DNA of 64,000 nt. It comes from Giardia intestinalis (Eukaryota). The notes beneath the pieces were generated by a model. The model was not told the DNA's origin, searched no databases, and saw nothing but the letters and a program-made list of their open reading frames with translations. The DNA lies in assembly GCA_000002435.2 (NCBI GenBank), contig CM018792.1. The stretch is one strand, 5' to 3'. Position numbers and translations under genes: made by a program. Below, one piece after another: positions 52,501 through 61,500 of this stretch (positions are counted from its first letter, which is position 1; every line of letters starts with the position of its first letter).

Positions 52501-55500
52501 AGAACGCCCAGGGATTGGACCGTAAAGGGTGTCTTTGCCCGTCTCTATCAAAATGCAGAAGAAATCCGAGCACGACTCAATATGAAACGGGCGGAGCATC
52601 AGAAGCGAGAGGCTCTTCTTTATGCAAAGTATCTTCGTAGTCAGAATTCCATTCTAAAGGACGACGGTCTTCTGGTGGCAGCGTCGGAGTATGATAACGT
52701 GTCCAAACGATACGCCCAAGAGGCACAAAAGTGGAACGACGAGGTAAAGAAGTTATCTGCATACGACAGTAAGCAAGAAGATTTTAGTAAGACCCCTCAG
52801 CTTTCTGGCTCTAACGTTAGGGGAGAAGATGCGCTTATGAAGACAGGAAAAATGACCACTGCGGACCTAATCGAGGAGGTTAATTCACGCTCATCTAAAG
52901 AGCACTTGATCAGGATCACTTCTGTATCAACTAAGTCGCCAGACATGGACGATATAATAGTTAACACGTCTGGCATCAGGAGTGCACCACGAGGTCTCAT
53001 GGGGAAGCAGCGGGACAGGATAACAACGGTATTTGACATGGAGGGGTCATCGATTCGGGGAACACCTAGAAGTTCTATGACTGGCTCTTCGTACAGAAAC
53101 TTAAACAACACACCGAGAGAAAGCATCAGTGGCTCCCAAGATGCATATGTGACGGGAACACCAGGTGCTCCCAAGAATATGTTTAGTACTCTCAATACTG
53201 GTGGAAGGAAGCTACCAGGGATGCAGCTTACCATAAAGGATCACTCTACACACCACTCACTTAAGCAGCAAGGACCTGGCCAGATAGCATATGGAGCAGA
53301 ATTAGTGACTATGAACTTATCAAATGGTTATAGTGGCTCTAAGGGTAGCAAGCCCATTCTGATAGCATCCGGAAACAGTGGAAACCCGCTTCCTTATATC
53401 AGTAAAAAGAGCAACACAGACACGCCAGGATCCACAGTCGTGGATGCTTTCCACGAATCCGATATTAAGCTGACTCAAAGTATTGATAACTCTAACGTAT
53501 CTATCGCACCAGTAAGTAGTAGTACAAGCTGCGAGCCAAGCACAAACTTATTAAAATCTGGCAAAATTCTACAACCGCTTACTTCAACTCCTGAGCACAT
53601 CCGACCGTTCTCTGGAAAAGGTTTTGGGAGTGGGAAAATAGTTTATGACCAGTACGGAAAACCCATGCCAGCACAAGAGATACAAGATATTATCGCATAC
53701 AAGTACATATTCGGGAACGCCTCTATGCTTAAGGTTAAAGATATGGGGCGACGCCTTCTCGTCTCTGTGCCAGATAGCTCGCAATTGATAGAGGTATCTA
53801 AGGAGACGCTGCGCACGATCAAGGAGAATGTAGACAAGCTGGTGGAATACTTTAAGGTGCCAGGGATATCAAATTTGTATGGAAATGATGTCGTGGGACG
53901 CGCAACTAGCGCAAAAAGAGATTCCAATTCTGCTAAGTTAAATACTCTACCTAGAGATCCGCCTATTGATGATAGACTGGATTGTCCAGCTGTTTCTATC
54001 AATAGAGATGCTTTATCGACTACGGATGAATTAGTGCAGGAAGAGAAGAGAGCTCTGCTAGAGTTTGACAGACCCGACTTATCTGCTATCCCTGGTACAC
54101 CGATTGCTCTTCAGACAGACGTAACCAGGTCTGCATCTGTATTAAATATTGAGCCAGACCCACAGCAATCCTTTACTGATAAGGAGAACGTTGATACTGA
54201 TTTTCTTATTCCTTCAACGATAGCCTCGAGCGCGATGAAGAAAGACAGGTACGGGGTTGAAAAAGAGTTAGAAGATAACTTGGCGACAGTGCTCAGAAAA
54301 AGCGTAGAGGCGCTAGAAAGTTTCACGCCTCCACTGCGATTATCAGAAGACCAAGATTTAAGCAAGCAACGCAAAGGCAAAGAGCTAGTCTTATCTGATC
54401 TTGATCTTCAAATAGCCAGTATTAAGGATCCGTATGCAGAAAAGATAAACCATCTAGACGAGGAAGGAAGCATCACTCCGAATAGCCTAGAGTATGGACT
54501 CAGTGTCGTTGAGGTGACACCAAACACAGAATTTAACCAGCAACGTGAAGAAACTATCACCCTTAACAGCTTTCGAGGCAAACATAGCGATCGCACTAAG
54601 TATCGGAGAGAGAGTAGCAACTGCATATCCGATGATGGCTCAATAGACCTCACCAGTCATAGCAGCGGTCAAAATCAAATAGACGATCGTTCTACTCATT
54701 TCGAGGATCTAGTCGAAAACGCACTTGAAGATCCAACAAAACAAGCGTCTCAAATAAGAGTTAGCACCACTGTAATAGCATCAACAGAATCACTCAACGC
54801 TAATCAGGTGACTGCACCAGAACCCAGTTCAGCATATACACAAGGTAATACCATACGGAGAAGCATCGTTAGGGGAATAGAAGTAGCAGACAGTGCCGTA
54901 TCAACACACTCAACAAGGACCAACACCCCATCTCAGGGTATGCTATCATTAGATGAACAGATTTCTCTACGACTGGCCGATCAAAGCCGTACAGCGACCG
55001 CTATTAACATAGAGTCCCCGCTTTCTGGCTATGAGAGGGACAGTATCAATCGGATGGACCCCGGTGCTATTCCAGAGTTTCTGACTGGAACAACATCCAT
55101 ACATATAGGTGGACGTCGGCTCTCAGATGACGACCGCCATAGTTTAGAAGGTACTCTTAGCATTCCTGGACCGGGTGAATTAGACCGATATGATACTGCC
55201 CATTCGGGATATGAACACCATAGGCTGCCATCATATAATCCACAGGATTCCAATTTTGTGGCTTCTTCTTTACATATGAAGGCAAAGCCAGGCGCTATTA
55301 ACCATATAAATACTTTTATCCAATTTGAGAATCCACAGGCTCGTGCAGGAACACAACACGCCGTTACAACTTCATTAAATAGCGACGATCCGCACGCTTT
55401 TGGGGATACCAGCGAGAAAACGACTTCATCTCCGAATGTGGCAGGAGCTGTGCGTCATACGGTTGTCCAAAAGCAGTCATCTACTTCCAAGCATGGTTTT

Positions 55501-55809
55501 GTACCAAACAACTATCTTATTGGAAAGATACTGCCGCAGGAGCCTTTTATTAAAGGCCCGTCAGGACCCATTAATATGGGAGAACCAGGTCTTTTAGCCA
55601 GCGCAAGTGAGTCGCTAGTTATCAGAAAACGCTCAGCCGAAATCTCTGGAGCGAAGGAACCGACCACAAGCGGCGGTCAAAATGCAGATTCCGACACGCC
55701 AAGTCAATCGAATATCTTTTCTCAGCCAAAGCTGTACATGAGTAGATTGCATCAAGATCTTAAAAAGGCTCGCGATGCTGATGGAAGTTCGCTATTTGGT
55801 AAGAAATAA
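49531..55809 (+). CDS. Giant hypothetical protein (about 2092 aa from the first ATG), paralog-family member C. It has the conserved N-terminal domain, about 250 aa of coiled coil and a very long low-complexity tail.
   Basis: The ORF track starts at a TTG (49450); the first ATG is at 49531 (MEDSATFQTG...). The N-terminal block ...LRTDIQSRKLYVLFEQALGCDPMTDHLAAKDVLPIYAPYIDKAEK... and the later motif NIYKPDF are shared with member A. A long heptad region (ELEKLRLHCKSLLDENIRISSQWQQEREKLLQQ...; ELNQRIEELLRRIAEQDDTIVEQQKEIADLLDQLASLKKAYDGL) follows. The stop TAA is at 55807..55809. Confidence 0.8.
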   Translation: MEDSATFQTGIGYDQDTLFGGESTSQPSGVEFFIRSSVSPANPIRLVDAGDISADERRASIYAYLDKDFREHTSNLVTSLNGYMTQMISGLFQELRTDIQSRKLYVLFEQALGCDPMTDHLAAKDVLPIYAPYIDKAEKTFRRLTLHKFKHDIETEFCAAIISELRARLKIEDTNMNISTELEKLRLHCKSLLDENIRISSQWQQEREKLLQQIGTLSEQLVQKKRAGNIYKPDFMASGSSWDAEAPVPDFTRVPSKGVKELLELETKLANEAAEKERLKMELDATSMKYQHLLEQCKQIPELQNQIDELNQRIEELLRRIAEQDDTIVEQQKEIADLLDQLASLKKAYDGLDSDHLALQNTVDTLNMEKGESAAENEKLKRQIADLLKRVAAAEAERDRYKQQITKGDSDRNISLVDINNNTVKSARLPGSPDDAGFDNRTLLSVKQLLYELTGFNLLGHQDGFTEAYVGDKGLPQDGESRTRFSCPTPGKESKPTLPDMGPRTGSRALSRKGTPKSTAMKEDPASIRVRLQGQRPSVGSIEAALVAATTSSPWNAARSISGRRSSKNVVSERIDTDGVSRNTEVTPCRGSRYKFIDTGLNPAYFNPGVENPYDNVVSGFYKDRDICLSKLTDRLGIEHAQLRTVRDLVGRFFSGDPVYAELLRLLAEGSISPDLVAKILAGMHTGELQAFLEDLLKVDENGNLVRNGDKQYIAGRGVVEDEPLSSEAASLSDYTQSKKSRGERYLRNGAQRQPDDQGPREDYDGVPLALPLPRGSDNYNKLKPDIDSHRSVASNLDELSAGGTETLPSGLLGFWKQTQTILGMDDMEELMALRELMLDKGTNTDASKKNKKGGYSSVSRSSSTRNLYGSDGHVSKDDGSTDPSSARGIPPDILKDKQIATYIDERLQIERERVRDEVTAEQELDNIEKIKVAVEVAANTMDFWCQVNYDDSESDDYGTKKGGAVMQKVQNAIDRFSKPGKPGFQIKYDRTPRDWTVKGVFARLYQNAEEIRARLNMKRAEHQKREALLYAKYLRSQNSILKDDGLLVAASEYDNVSKRYAQEAQKWNDEVKKLSAYDSKQEDFSKTPQLSGSNVRGEDALMKTGKMTTADLIEEVNSRSSKEHLIRITSVSTKSPDMDDIIVNTSGIRSAPRGLMGKQRDRITTVFDMEGSSIRGTPRSSMTGSSYRNLNNTPRESISGSQDAYVTGTPGAPKNMFSTLNTGGRKLPGMQLTIKDHSTHHSLKQQGPGQIAYGAELVTMNLSNGYSGSKGSKPILIASGNSGNPLPYISKKSNTDTPGSTVVDAFHESDIKLTQSIDNSNVSIAPVSSSTSCEPSTNLLKSGKILQPLTSTPEHIRPFSGKGFGSGKIVYDQYGKPMPAQEIQDIIAYKYIFGNASMLKVKDMGRRLLVSVPDSSQLIEVSKETLRTIKENVDKLVEYFKVPGISNLYGNDVVGRATSAKRDSNSAKLNTLPRDPPIDDRLDCPAVSINRDALSTTDELVQEEKRALLEFDRPDLSAIPGTPIALQTDVTRSASVLNIEPDPQQSFTDKENVDTDFLIPSTIASSAMKKDRYGVEKELEDNLATVLRKSVEALESFTPPLRLSEDQDLSKQRKGKELVLSDLDLQIASIKDPYAEKINHLDEEGSITPNSLEYGLSVVEVTPNTEFNQQREETITLNSFRGKHSDRTKYRRESSNCISDDGSIDLTSHSSGQNQIDDRSTHFEDLVENALEDPTKQASQIRVSTTVIASTESLNANQVTAPEPSSAYTQGNTIRRSIVRGIEVADSAVSTHSTRTNTPSQGMLSLDEQISLRLADQSRTATAINIESPLSGYERDSINRMDPGAIPEFLTGTTSIHIGGRRLSDDDRHSLEGTLSIPGPGELDRYDTAHSGYEHHRLPSYNPQDSNFVASSLHMKAKPGAINHINTFIQFENPQARAGTQHAVTTSLNSDDPHAFGDTSEKTTSSPNVAGAVRHTVVQKQSSTSKHGFVPNNYLIGKILPQEPFIKGPSGPINMGEPGLLASASESLVIRKRSAEISGAKEPTTSGGQNADSDTPSQSNIFSQPKLYMSRLHQDLKKARDADGSSLFGKK

Positions 55810-55830
55810 ATAGAGGACATACCAGAGACT

Positions 55831-58449
55831 CTAAACCACAGGTTGTCTAAGTGGGGCAAGAGTCTGAACGGAAAGCCGTACCATCCGTAATGCAATTTGC
55901 TGCTCGGGAGTCACTAGAGATTCTTCATCATCATTGGACATTATCCTAGTTGTGATCTTCTTTAGTACCTGAGATAGTATTGTTATAAATATCTCATAAA
56001 TCTTATCATTAGTGACCATTATTAATTCTGTAAGAGATGATACCAATGCGCGCTGGCTCACCTTATCAGCAACTACCCTCACTAGTGTCAAGATGACAGG
56101 AAGAAGGCAACTTGTCTCGATCTCTCCAGTGAATTCTTTTATAGTTTGTAAGAGAGTTTGTACAGAAGATACGAGGTTCTCAAAACTGCGCTTGTCAAAA
56201 TAGTCTCCTACTGCTTTGGTCAAGTCAAGAAGGGCAGAAATTAGGATACATCCGCCAGAGTACTCATCCGAGGTAGACCTGTCAACGTCGTGAAGAACGG
56301 GGGCCAAAAATAATGCAGCTGTACCTACAAACGGAAACATCACAGCAGGATACACACACAACAACAGTAATGTTAAAAGAGAATGATCGTACGGACGCAC
56401 AAGGAAAGAGCCAAAGCTTGTAGCATAAGACTCTCGAAGAAATTCTTCTACAGCGGCAGGCGTTTCATGAACAAGTTCTCCTGACTCAAATAAGTCAATA
56501 TCTGACAGTGCAATAGAAGCCAGCTGTGTACAGGGAGTATCATACCAGCCAATGCCGAATAGTTGCGCAAGAGAGTACGAAAGGGTTATCTGGTCTTTAA
56601 GCTCCGTGGAACTGGCGCCTATGTAGCTTGCGATGAGATCTAGCATAGAGTCAACTGAACTGAATGGTCCCACTAGTTCTGCACTCATCGTATTGAGGGA
56701 GCGGGGTGACAAATCCAGAGTAGAAAGGCTTAGGTTAGCTGTGGAAAGGTGTAACGGAGTATCTTGCGGCCCTCCTGTCAATGAGATATTAACCACTGAA
56801 TTTGAGCGCTGCTTCATCTCAGGATGGTTTCTAACGATAGCCTCTACAACTACTTCATCTCGGTCCCTGTCTGCTACCACAGCGGGGATGAACTCAGCAG
56901 TTGAACGACGAGGTGGTGATATTGCAGGGCACTCAACAGAAACATGAGGGGAAGTACCTATACTGTACGTAGAAGATGCAAATACCTGGACTTCTTTGTC
57001 TGTAAAGGTTGTAGCTAAAATCCGTTGTTGTTCAGGGTGACGATCAGTAAGACAACAGGATATGGCCTTGTCAACGAGGTTCATGCATTCATAAGTTGGT
57101 TTGCGCACAAGTGTGCTGGAAGATTGGGGAAGCAAGAGTGACCCGTTCAAGGAAGAAGCTGCGTCACAACCTTGCAAGCAGCCAGCTTTCTCAGAGATAA
57201 AAGCTTGTAGCTTGGCTGTCTTTTCCATTTCTTTGTTAAGTTGCATGGTGACATTGTCCAACTCATGGACTACAAAGTCGTGGCTTTGCATCAATTTTGA
57301 GTTCAGTTCTCGTAAATTTGCCAACTCATCTTGGGCTGTACTAAGTGTGAGGATAGTGCTGGCTTGTAGTGTTCGGTGAGCTGGCCCGTCTCCGCCAGAC
57401 TCAGATTGATCAAGGCAGATAGAAGGCTCTGTTTGGGCAGTCTGTGTCGATGAATCGTTGGTTAGTGAGGGCTCATTTGAGAGACCAGCAGCCAGATGTA
57501 GATAGTAGTCTAAGCCAGGCATAGATACAGCGGTTTCATTAGCATCAGTAGCTAAGTGGGGTGTCTTTACTTCTGCTTTGGGCTTGAGCCGCTTCTTGAG
57601 TCTTCTTTTTGATGGCTTTATGGTCTTAACTGGTGAGGATTCTGTACATGGAAGTGCAAGAGGAGTATGCGACGTGCTTGGGCGGAGAATATCAACTAAT
57701 TTTTCTCGAACCTCAGCGCTCTTTAGGGACGTGCACATCGAATTTAAGGCCGCGTTATAAGGAAATAGAGAGAGGATCTTGTTCAAATCGCAAAAGTTAC
57801 GGTGCTTTAGCGCAAGTAGTAGAGATAGAAGCTCATCATACTCAGATACAGAAACAGTTTCCGGTGTCAGTCCGAGTTTTGCAAGAAACTCTCGGGCAGA
57901 TTGCCTTTCTATGTGAGTAGATTTATGGTTTGTAGAGGCCTTTCCTCGATGTCCATGCCCATGTGCTCTATCTTTTTGTGCTTGAGGGGTGCTTTTTTTA
58001 TTGATGGGCTGTCTACTCGGTGTTCCAAGTGCACTGTACGATAGAAAAGAGCGATCCACCTTACCAATATGGGCTGAGTCGCGTTGAAACCTGACCATAA
58101 TATCGGAGTCTCGCTGGTACTGACGTTTGGGCGCCAGTACTGGTGTTGTCATACGGCCATGCTTCGCCGATCCCTGAGAATTATTATGCAAGCGTGTTTG
58201 TAAAGAACTCGACCTAGATTCGGGTGTTGAACAAACTTCGTAAGCGTCCTGAGACGTCGCTGATAAGTAAACATCTGCAATAAGATCTGCACGGTGAGGT
58301 GATGAAACAACTGGTGTCCTGCCAGCAGAAAGTGCAAGGGCAGAGTTGTAGGCTTCGGTGCTGAGATCCAATGCACCAGAGCTTATTATCTGTTTGATTG
58401 CTTCCTGGTATGCGGCATCAATGGAAATATCCAGGTTTTGAGGATACAT
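55831..58449 (-). CDS. Hypothetical protein, 872 aa
   Basis: The ATG is at 58449..58447. The ORF runs ATG to stop, and AT-rich sequence (aaataaagcaaaagcaacc) lies about 25 nt upstream. The stop TAG is at 55831..55833, 21 bp from the stop of family member C (convergent genes). No recognisable domain. Confidence 0.6.
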   Translation of the reverse strand: MYPQNLDISIDAAYQEAIKQIISSGALDLSTEAYNSALALSAGRTPVVSSPHRADLIADVYLSATSQDAYEVCSTPESRSSSLQTRLHNNSQGSAKHGRMTTPVLAPKRQYQRDSDIMVRFQRDSAHIGKVDRSFLSYSALGTPSRQPINKKSTPQAQKDRAHGHGHRGKASTNHKSTHIERQSAREFLAKLGLTPETVSVSEYDELLSLLLALKHRNFCDLNKILSLFPYNAALNSMCTSLKSAEVREKLVDILRPSTSHTPLALPCTESSPVKTIKPSKRRLKKRLKPKAEVKTPHLATDANETAVSMPGLDYYLHLAAGLSNEPSLTNDSSTQTAQTEPSICLDQSESGGDGPAHRTLQASTILTLSTAQDELANLRELNSKLMQSHDFVVHELDNVTMQLNKEMEKTAKLQAFISEKAGCLQGCDAASSLNGSLLLPQSSSTLVRKPTYECMNLVDKAISCCLTDRHPEQQRILATTFTDKEVQVFASSTYSIGTSPHVSVECPAISPPRRSTAEFIPAVVADRDRDEVVVEAIVRNHPEMKQRSNSVVNISLTGGPQDTPLHLSTANLSLSTLDLSPRSLNTMSAELVGPFSSVDSMLDLIASYIGASSTELKDQITLSYSLAQLFGIGWYDTPCTQLASIALSDIDLFESGELVHETPAAVEEFLRESYATSFGSFLVRPYDHSLLTLLLLCVYPAVMFPFVGTAALFLAPVLHDVDRSTSDEYSGGCILISALLDLTKAVGDYFDKRSFENLVSSVQTLLQTIKEFTGEIETSCLLPVILTLVRVVADKVSQRALVSSLTELIMVTNDKIYEIFITILSQVLKKITTRIMSNDDEESLVTPEQQIALRMVRLSVQTLAPLRQPVV

Positions 58450-58552
58450 TAAGGCGTTGTTGATTGGGCTGGTTGCTTTTGCTTTATTTGCGTTTGTGCA
58501 AAGCCATAATGTATTAAAAGCTTAGGCATTAGAAACAGATTTTGGCAGCTCA

Positions 58553-61500
58553 ATGATGGCAACAGATCCTCTGGGCCTTGACATGGCCGAACTGGGGATT
58601 GTCATTAACCACGGCGACTTGCAAGATGTGCATTCAGGTTGCCTTAAGTATACCCCAGAGGCCTTGGCCCTCGTGAACGAACTGACCGCTAACATTGCCA
58701 CCATCCTCACAGACTCCATCACAGCGGTATTTACTACACTCAAAGATCGCATACACGAACGTCCGCTCTATGTCCTTTTCGAGCCTCAACTAGGTTGTGA
58801 TCCTCTTACGGATCATCAGACCCCAAAAGATGTATATCCAGTATTCAGTGAAGCAATCTCATCGGCAGAAAAAAGGCTGAGCGAGACATCTATTGTAATG
58901 ATAGCGGATGAGCTGCGAGCAAAGATTGTCACCATGTTGAATTTAGAAGTTAGTAAGACCAACGCCCTTAAAGCACAGGCAGAGGATGCCCTTGGAGAGC
59001 TAGCTACTCTGAAAGCTAAGCTACTCATGAAGGACAAGTTCATTCAGCAGATCATGCAGTCCAAATCCGAAGACCATAGCAAGTTCATATCAGAAATAAC
59101 CGTTCTCAGAGAGCAAGCCTTTATGAAGCGGCGCTTTGGAGATAGGTACAAGCCAGATAATATTGACAAAGCAGCAGATGATGGCCAGCAGCAAGGCCTC
59201 GGCGGATCCCTTTTGGGGAGCACAGGAGAGTTCGCTGTAGGCCAAGGAAACCAGGCTAACAAGCTGATTCGTGACCAGCTAGCAGCTACAGTAGCAGAGA
59301 ATAAAGAGCTGAAGCTTAAGCTGGAGGCAACAGGGCTTGCACACAAAAAAGTAGAGGAGCTGGAGGAGGAGTGCACCGCACTAAGGCTCAACATTCAAAA
59401 CTTGGAGTCATCTCACACAGAAACAATAGCCAAACTTGAAAGCAGTCTCAAGGAAAAGAATTTGCTCATATCAACCTATCAGGACAATGAACGGGCACTC
59501 AATACATCTGTTCAAGAGCTTACAAAGCAACTGCGCTCGTTGGAGAAAAGGCGGCCCACTTCTTCAGATATTACTTCTCGTACAGACACAGATTTATTTA
59601 GAGAAAATACTGAGCTAAAATCTAGAGTCTTTGAACTGCAAGAGCAGCTCATGACTAATCAGCTAGAGAAAAAGCAGGACCCTACAGAAGATGCGAGCCT
59701 AGCAGAGACTCTTTCCAATCTACAGAAGGAGCTTCAAGAGAAAACTGCTGAGGCAAGCCTTTATAGGCAAAAGCTAGAAGAGGCTGGCCTTTTGAACGCA
59801 CCGGTTGACGCATTTATCAAGCTCGCTGATCATAATACGGCTGTGGCTGCATTCACCTCTCAGATTGACGAGCTTGAGGCTCAGAACCAGGCTCTCGTAG
59901 AGCTCTCAGAAAAACTTCAACGTCAAGTAGATCAGCTTATAGAAAATGAAGCCGCCGAGATAAATAATGTCCTTGAGGCTAACGAAATCTTACACAAGCA
60001 GAAGCTGAAAAACGCAGTTGAGGCTGCCGTTTGTATCGACAGTTTCAACGAGTCTATTCAGGCAGCCAAGCGAGCTATCACAAACTTTGATGACTTCGGG
60101 TGTCAGGTCCCAGATAAGCGCGCTCGTAAAAGTGCTCTACGATCTGGCGAAGGGGATGACCTGGATGTGCAGGATGATGAGGGCTGTAAAGAAGACGCTG
60201 AAGCATCTCGCATTCGTCGCGCCATTGATGCAGCTAGGAAAATATATGCCAGCCGTCTTCCCGCGATGAACGAGCCTACATTGTCCTATGACGTGAGCAG
60301 TGTTGACGAGGTCTTTAAACAGTTATTCGACACGGCAAAGACAGCCAAGACGCAGCTCATGAAAAAGCATCACGAGACGCTGAAAAATGAAGCGCAAACA
60401 CTGATGAGAAACTTAAACCTTCATGATCGCATTGCCCGTACAATTTCACATTATACTAACTTTGTTGACCAACCAGCTAAGGACCCGTTGAAACTACTGT
60501 CTAAAGAGCAGCTACGCGATGTGCTCTGCGAGAATATAGACGTAGGCCCCTTTGACGACTCGTCTCCTGAACAGGATGAGATGTTAGCTAGACTGCCTGA
60601 TGCATCACATGAGATGCAAGACGAAGCTTCGAATAGAGACTCAGCTGTAAAGGAACCTCATGACTCGCCTCCTGCAAAACCTGATGGTCCCGCTCCTAGA
60701 AGTCGTAAGCGCCGTGCCTCTCCTTCTAAGGTTAGGGGCGGCAGATCTACCCTTTCCACACCAATCTCTTCCACTACAAGACCAGCAACCCGAAAGAGCG
60801 GAACTACACTGAGCGGTACAACAACCTCACGTGCTTCTGAGTTAGAAGAGCTCGACGGCGAAAAGGACTTTTTTCGTGCCTCAGTCCCAGACAGCCCCGT
60901 CAGAGAGACCTTCAGCGTACGAACCCCAGCATCTCGAGGTATAGAGAGCGATAGAGATTCAGACGACCAGGTGGCTTATGCGCTAGCAGACAACGGTAAG
61001 CGTATAGCGCCCATGAAACACGTTCGTGTACCACGTTTGAAAAGTAGTGGACGAGGCCCAAGGCTATTAATTCGACTATTAAAAGACAAACTCACTGGAG
61101 AAATCCGCGATGAACTGGGAAGGCTGGTATCTTCAGAAAACCTATATATGTACGGGTATTGCCTGGACATTAGAGGCGACCTAGTCTACTATGGTGATTG
61201 CAGTGTCAATAAAAAGGCTTCAGATGACCCAGATACCATTGTACGGAGATTTCTGGCCGGTGACGAAGGTGAGTTGCTACTGCCTAACGGACAGCGCATT
61301 TTCCGAGAGGATGCACTGCGCTTTGGATATAAGGGTCCTGCACGTAATGGAACTTACATTTTCATTGGCCAACCTCTTGACCTATATGATCAGGTTATGC
61401 GACTATCACCGGATGGTGTTTCTGCTATGGTGACTAAGATCTTAGGACAAGATATAGAATATGACGATATCATTGCTGACTTTACCTTCAAGCTGGATTT